DNA from: an uncultured Mollicutes bacterium
Lineage (GTDB): Bacteria > Bacillota_I > Bacilli_A > RF39 > UBA660
Reading direction: 5' to 3'
DNA length: 64,000 nucleotides
NCBI GenBank assembly: GCA_900543055.1
Contig: UQQI01000001.1
Location: forward strand, 14,350 to 78,349
Part shown: in pieces, positions 58,944 through 64,000 of the stretch
Numbering within the stretch: position 1 is the stretch's first letter
Layout: the number at the start of each line of letters is the position of its first letter
Program-made: the position numbers and the translations under genes
Notes under the pieces: generated by a model
What the model saw: the letters and a program-made list of their open reading frames with translations, nothing else
The model's database searches: none
What the model was told of the DNA's origin: nothing

Positions 58944-59369
58944 ATGGCAAAAGAAAAGAAGAATGTATATACTGGAACTGGACGTAGAAAGTCAAGTGTA
59001 GCAAGAGTTACATTAACTCCAGGAAAAGGAAAAATCACAGTTAATGGTAGAGATGTAAGAGAATACTTCCCTTCAGAAATCTGTGTAATGGATTTAAGTC
59101 AACCATTAGTATTAACTAATACAACTGAAATGTTTGACGTTGATGCTAAGGTTAATGGTGGAGGATTTCAAGGACAAACAGGAGCAATTCGTTTAGGAAT
59201 TACAAAAGCTTTATTAGATTATGATAAAACTACTCCAGCTGACTCAGAAAATAGTTTTAGAAAAACTCTTAAAGTAGCAGGAATGATAACAAGAGATTCA
59301 CGTAAGAAAGAACGTAAGAAACCAGGATTAAAGAAAGCACGTCGTGCTCCACAATTCTCAAAACGTTAA
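58944..59369 (+). CDS. rpsI: 30S ribosomal protein S9
   Basis: [12 protein letters not shown] … C-terminal RRAPQFSKR. Confidence 0.9.
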   Translation: MAKEKKNVYTGTGRRKSSVARVTLTPGKGKITVNGRDVREYFPSEICVMDLSQPLVLTNTTEMFDVDAKVNGGGFQGQTGAIRLGITKALLDYDKTTPADSENSFRKTLKVAGMITRDSRKKERKKPGLKKARRAPQFSKR

Positions 59370-59379
59370 TATACAGTTC

Positions 59380-59406
59380 AAGAAGCTATATGCTTCTTTT
59401 TTGTTT
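59380..59406 (+). terminator. Rho-independent terminator after rpsI
   Basis: Stem AAGAAGC/GCTTCTT with a TATAT loop, followed by TTTTTTGTTT. Confidence 0.6.
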
Positions 59407-59631
59407 ATAATAAATTTTCTTTATGAATTTATGGAAACGTCATATAGCATATTCTCAAACAGATAAGTATTATGAAAAAATATAAATAAACAAAAAATTG
59501 ACTGAAAATAATAAAGAATTAATCAAAAAATACCTCCCAATTCTAATAGTGTATTCTTGTCATAATTAAAATGAGGTATTAAAGCTAACTAAATAGAGAG
59601 AAATCTCTATTTTTTTGCAAAAAAATATTTT

Positions 59632-60021
59632 ATGCATATAATATACCAGGAGGTTTATATGTTTAACGTAGATTATTTAAAACAATTATTAATTATTTCA
59701 ATAGCACTTAGTACAATAACCTGTGCATTTATTCAAAAAACAAAAATGTTATTTAAAAGTAGTAAATATATTGAATATTATTCATTCCTTGTTAATATGT
59801 TAGTAAGTGTAATTTTTTGTATTACATTTACTGATATAAAATTCCCTAATAGCTTATGGATAGGACTATTTTCTTTCCTAGGCGCCGATTCTCTATATAA
59901 ATCACTAGAAGGAAAAATATCTTCCCACAAAGATATAATAAATAAAAAAAAGATTACCATACCTGAAGAAAATATAATAAATAAGGAGGATGAAAATGGA
60001 AAAACCAATATTCCCAAGTAA
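59632..60021 (+). CDS. Small 3-TM membrane protein (129 aa), holin-like by size, topology and context
   Basis: RBS AGGAGG. Hydrophobic helices plus a charged C-terminal tail (KDIINKKKITIPEENIINKEDENGK). Overlaps the start of the downstream M23 peptidase gene. Confidence 0.4.
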   Translation: MHIIYQEVYMFNVDYLKQLLIISIALSTITCAFIQKTKMLFKSSKYIEYYSFLVNMLVSVIFCITFTDIKFPNSLWIGLFSFLGADSLYKSLEGKISSHKDIINKKKITIPEENIINKEDENGKTNIPK

Positions 60022-60691
60022 ATATATGAGAATAACTCAGGGATATAATATTGGAACTCATAAAGATTCATTCGCAATAGATAATGCTGACAAAGATAGT
60101 GGAATAAGTAATATATATGCCCCATTTACTGGTATAATAAAAAAGATATATCAAAATGATGCGAACGAAGTATGGTTAGAAAGTACTGATAAGGTAGAAT
60201 ATCCAGATGGAACAATTGACTATATGAATATTATGTTTGCTCATTGTAATGATATAAGTAATCTTTTTGTTGGAAAAATTATAAAACAAAATGAAGCATT
60301 TTATAAGGAAGGAACAAAAGGTAATGTAACAGGGAATCATTGTCATATAGAATGTGGAAAAGGAAGGTTTACTGGAACTGGATGGCATAAAAATAATGCA
60401 GGATATTGGAGTATCAATAATGGAAAAAGACCAGAAGAATGTTTATGGATAGATGATAGTATTAATATTTTAAATAGTAATAATTATAACTTCAAAAAAA
60501 TACCCACAAACTCTGTGGATAATAAAAGCAACAATGTGGATAAAAATAATGATAAAGCACCAGAAAAAAAAGAAATTTCCACAACTATTGTGGAAAAAGA
60601 AATTTTTAATTTCAAAGCACCTAAAACAGATTTATATGGAGTATACCTAAATAAAGATGAAATACTAATTATAAAATCTATCCAAGTATAA
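59996..60691 (+). CDS. M23 family (lysostaphin-like) metallopeptidase domain protein without a signal peptide (about 231 aa)
   Basis: RBS AAGGAGGA precedes ATG 59990/59996. Divergent first motif GTHKDSFAID, APFTGIIKKI, and HxH motif GNHCHIE. The C-terminal approximately 90 aa is Asn/Lys-rich with no recognisable cell-wall-binding domain. Confidence 0.5.
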   Translation: MEKPIFPSKYMRITQGYNIGTHKDSFAIDNADKDSGISNIYAPFTGIIKKIYQNDANEVWLESTDKVEYPDGTIDYMNIMFAHCNDISNLFVGKIIKQNEAFYKEGTKGNVTGNHCHIECGKGRFTGTGWHKNNAGYWSINNGKRPEECLWIDDSINILNSNNYNFKKIPTNSVDNKSNNVDKNNDKAPEKKEISTTIVEKEIFNFKAPKTDLYGVYLNKDEILIIKSIQV

Positions 60692-61430
60692 ATTCAAGTA
60701 ACATCATAAAACTAAATCCTATAATTGTCAATAAGGCCATTAGGTCTTTTTTTTCACTTCTTTGACATTCTGGAATAATTTCTAAAACAATAACATAAAG
60801 CATTACAGAAGAAGCAATTGCTAAAATAACAGGCAAAATACTTTTAATTTGTAATACTAGTAAATAACCAATAATAGCAGCAATAGGTTCAACAATACCA
60901 CTAAGTACTCCAAACAAAAATGATTTGTTCTTAGAAAGTCCGGCTTTATTAAGCGGAAAAGTAATCGCTGCTCCTTCTGGAAAATTCTGTAATGCAATAG
61001 CAATAGTCAAACTAATAGCAGCCATAATACTAGAACCACCAAATGCAACACCTACAACCATACCTTCAGGAATATTATGAAGTGTAATTGATGTAAATAA
61101 TAAAAAACACCTTTTCAAATTATATTCAGTTTCCATATGATCAAGTTTTTCAAGTAATTTATTTGAAATATATATAAATAATCCACCTATAATAAAACTT
61201 ATAATAACAATAAATACATTTTTAGTTGAATTAATTGCAGGTAATAATAAAGAGAAAAAAGCAGCTGAAATCATAATTCCAGAAGATATAGAATTTATTC
61301 CATCAAAAACACTTTGTTTAATATTTTTACAAAGAAGTACTAAGGAAGCTCCTGCACTAGTAAATATAAAACAAATAATACCAGCAATTAACACCTGAAT
61401 TATAGGATTTAAATAAAAAAAATAATTCAT
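60678..61430 (-). CDS. ZIP family metal cation transporter
   Basis: Eight TM helices. Metal-binding motif HNIPEGMVVGVAFGG. Start is Met 61445 or 61430. Confidence 0.65.
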   Translation of the reverse strand: MNYFFYLNPIIQVLIAGIICFIFTSAGASLVLLCKNIKQSVFDGINSISSGIMISAAFFSLLLPAINSTKNVFIVIISFIIGGLFIYISNKLLEKLDHMETEYNLKRCFLLFTSITLHNIPEGMVVGVAFGGSSIMAAISLTIAIALQNFPEGAAITFPLNKAGLSKNKSFLFGVLSGIVEPIAAIIGYLLVLQIKSILPVILAIASSVMLYVIVLEIIPECQRSEKKDLMALLTIIGFSFMMLLEFILG

Positions 61431-61489
61431 TAAACATATCACCACTATAAAATATGCCTAATAAATTATTATGTTAATTTTATAAAGAA

Positions 61490-62056
61490 TTAGTTATCAC
61501 TATAAATAAACTTTTTTATACCATCATAACTTAATTTTTCAATCAAATTACAAATATAATCTACACTCTCATCAAAATCATTTTTCACCCAATAATTAAT
61601 AATACCAAGAGCACCATTAAATATAAAAACAGAAGCGTATGAAATATCTTCATCATCTAATTTAGGAAATTTACTTTTCCATCTTACGTAGCAATTATTA
61701 TATGTAATTTCCAAAATCTCATTTAGAAATGAACCGGTATTATTATTTATACTAAATATAATTTTAGTAAGTTTTTTTTCTTTAACTAACGTTTCTAATA
61801 ATCCCTTAGTATAAGTAGAGACAGAACTTTTATCTGAATTAGTTTTTATAGATTCTCTTAAACACTCTACAAATTCATCTTGTATTTTATCGAATAAATC
61901 AAATACATCTAAATAATATCTATAAAAAGTTGCTCTATTTATATCAGAAATTCTACATATTTCACTAACTGTTATTTTATTTAATTCTTTTTCTTCTAAA
62001 AGATTTAAAAATGTCTCTTTAATAATCTTTTTAGTATATCTAATTCTTCTATCCAT
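61490..62056 (-). CDS. TetR/AcrR family transcriptional regulator
   Basis: N-terminal HTH (ITVSEICRISDINRATFYRYY). 188 aa. Confidence 0.7.
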   Translation of the reverse strand: MDRRIRYTKKIIKETFLNLLEEKELNKITVSEICRISDINRATFYRYYLDVFDLFDKIQDEFVECLRESIKTNSDKSSVSTYTKGLLETLVKEKKLTKIIFSINNNTGSFLNEILEITYNNCYVRWKSKFPKLDDEDISYASVFIFNGALGIINYWVKNDFDESVDYICNLIEKLSYDGIKKFIYSDN

Positions 62057-62228
62057 AAGTATCTCCTTAAATTACAATTTAATATAAAATAATTTATTAA
62101 ACATAACTATTTAGAAATGTTTAACTAATACCATTTTATAAAAAATTGTTGATTGAATATATATCAATATAAAATATATAATACATTTGTAAAATATTCA
62201 ACACATGTTTAATAAAAATGGAGGATTT

Positions 62229-63941
62229 ATGAATATATTTAAAAAGAAAAAAGAAGTTTACGAGAATGCCTGGGATAAATATTATGATAAAGATAAGAGA
62301 AATATATCTATACCTAACATCTCCATATATGATTATTTTGAAAGAACAACCATAAATCATGAGTATGACTCAGCAATAAACTATTTTGGAGAAAAAACAA
62401 GCTATATAGAATTAATAAGTAAAATCGATTTATGTGCAAAATCACTTGCAAGTATTGGAATAAGAGAAAATGATGTAGTAACAATATGTCTACCAAATGT
62501 TCCTGAAGCAATTATTTCGTTTTATGCTGTAAATAAAATAGGCGCAATTGCTAGTATGCTACATCCACTATCATCTGAAGAAGAAATAAAAGATTCCCTT
62601 ATTAAAACAAAATCAGTATGCTTATTTCTACATAATGCATCTTATGAAAAAGTAGAAAATATAATTGACTCAACGAAAGTATATAAAACAATATTAATAT
62701 CTCCTAGAGACTCAATGCCATCACTATTAGGCTTAGGTTATCTTCTTACAAAAGATTTAAAAGTAAAAATTCCTAAAAATACAGAAAAATTTATGTATTG
62801 GTATAATTTCTTAGAAAAAGGTAATTTATATAATAAAGATGTTTTTATAAGAAGAACAAAAGAAAATGATGCAGTTATACTTCATAGTGGAGGTACAACA
62901 GGTACGCCAAAAAATATAGTTTTAACGAACGGAAATATCAATGCTATCATGGAACAAGCTAAAATAATATTTAATGATATTGGACCAGGAGATAAATTTT
63001 TGTCTATCTTACCAATGTTCCATTGCTTTGGACTCGTTGTAAATATATGTTGTCCATTAATGTTTTCAGCAGAAGTAATTTTAATTCCACAGTTTGATGC
63101 AAAAAGATTTGATAAACTAATTAGAAAATATCAACCTAATATTTTATTAGGAGTTCCAACCTTATTTGAAGCACTAATAAAAAATCCATATATGCAGGGA
63201 TTAGATATGTCTAATATCAAATATGTAGTAAGTGGAGGTGATACTTTAAGCATAGAAAAAAATGAAAAAGTAAATAAATTCTTAAAAGAACATAATAGTA
63301 AAGCACATATTATACAAGGTTATGGTATGACAGAAACAACAGGTCCAGCAACTTTTGGTGCGAAAGGTTCCGATAAGCTTGGTTCAGTTGGAATACCTCT
63401 TCCTGGAAATAAAGTAAAAATAATTAATAGAGATACAATGGAAGAAGTAAATACAAAAGAAATTGGTGAAATATGTATATCAGGCCCAACTGTAATGTCA
63501 AGATATCTTAATAATAGAGAAGAAACAAATGCAATAATAAAAAAACATCCAGATAATATAGAGTGGGTTCATACAGGTGATTTAGGATATATAGATGAAG
63601 ATGGAGTATTATTTTTTCTTCAAAGACTAAAAAGAATGATTATTTCATCAGGATATAACGTTTATCCTTCACATATTGAAGAAATCCTACAGAAAAATGA
63701 ACTTATTGAAGAAGCCGGTGTTATAGGAATACCACACCCATATAAAATACAAGTACCAAAAGCATACATTGTATTAAAGAAAAATATAACTGATGAGGTA
63801 GAGGCAATTAATAAAATAAAAAAATATTGTGAAAAAAATTTATCAAAGTACATGATTCCTAAATATTTCGTAATAAGAAAAGAATTACCAAAAACTCTCG
63901 TTGGAAAAATTAATTATAAAGAGCTAGAGAAGGAACAATAA
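62229..63941 (+). CDS. AMP-dependent synthetase/ligase (acyl-CoA or aryl-CoA ligase family)
   Basis: RBS GGAGGA precedes ATG 62229. AMP-binding motif LHSGGTTGTPKNIVLTNGN, YGMTETTG, and GDLGYIDEDG. Divergent from the TetR gene. Confidence 0.75.
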   Translation: MNIFKKKKEVYENAWDKYYDKDKRNISIPNISIYDYFERTTINHEYDSAINYFGEKTSYIELISKIDLCAKSLASIGIRENDVVTICLPNVPEAIISFYAVNKIGAIASMLHPLSSEEEIKDSLIKTKSVCLFLHNASYEKVENIIDSTKVYKTILISPRDSMPSLLGLGYLLTKDLKVKIPKNTEKFMYWYNFLEKGNLYNKDVFIRRTKENDAVILHSGGTTGTPKNIVLTNGNINAIMEQAKIIFNDIGPGDKFLSILPMFHCFGLVVNICCPLMFSAEVILIPQFDAKRFDKLIRKYQPNILLGVPTLFEALIKNPYMQGLDMSNIKYVVSGGDTLSIEKNEKVNKFLKEHNSKAHIIQGYGMTETTGPATFGAKGSDKLGSVGIPLPGNKVKIINRDTMEEVNTKEIGEICISGPTVMSRYLNNREETNAIIKKHPDNIEWVHTGDLGYIDEDGVLFFLQRLKRMIISSGYNVYPSHIEEILQKNELIEEAGVIGIPHPYKIQVPKAYIVLKKNITDEVEAINKIKKYCEKNLSKYMIPKYFVIRKELPKTLVGKINYKELEKEQ

Positions 63942-64000
63942 ATATTGTTCTTTTATATTGTAAAAAAAATAAAAAAAAGATATAATAAAATATATAATTA

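Noticed and set aside
62136-62360. 74-aa minus-strand ORF in the TetR/acyl-CoA ligase divergent region
   Set aside because: Ile/Tyr/Phe-rich, and overlaps the ligase promoter and start. Likely non-coding.
1-64000. Search for tRNA/rRNA genes, CRISPR arrays, IS elements and integrases
   Set aside because: No cloverleaf-type GC-rich 70-90-nt segments, no regularly spaced direct repeats, and no transposase-, integrase- or recombinase-like ORFs were seen. None are reported.

Overview
This is a low-GC (about 28-30% by eye) Firmicutes/Clostridia-type chromosomal window and is mostly conserved housekeeping genes. Anchors are uvrB/uvrA, prfB with its programmed +1 frameshift, ftsEX, gap-pgk-tpiA, spo0A, whiA, and a near-complete S10-spc-alpha ribosomal protein cluster (rpsJ to rplQ, plus truA-rplM-rpsI). 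I could not identify any tRNA, rRNA or CRISPR array by eye. Several small accessory insertions sit inside this conserved backbone. The most interesting is a self-contained four-gene operon (3936-7396) with its own promoter and terminator. It encodes two WXG100-like small helical proteins followed by two larger proteins, one of which has an internally duplicated domain flanking a glycine-zipper-rich segment. This looks like an orphan type VII secretion substrate or LXG-like effector module with an unusual cargo architecture. Other oddities: two paralogous Ser/Thr-rich small proteins flanking a membrane protein inserted between truA and rplM; a radical SAM/SPASM gene plus a glycosyltransferase between uvrB and uvrA; a three-gene glycolipid-type insertion between pgk and tpiA; two catalytically degenerate ECF-type ABC ATPases without EcfT; a holin-like plus signal-less M23 peptidase pair; and two ORFs interrupted by in-frame stops. 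All functional calls rest on motif recognition by eye. No database searches were run.
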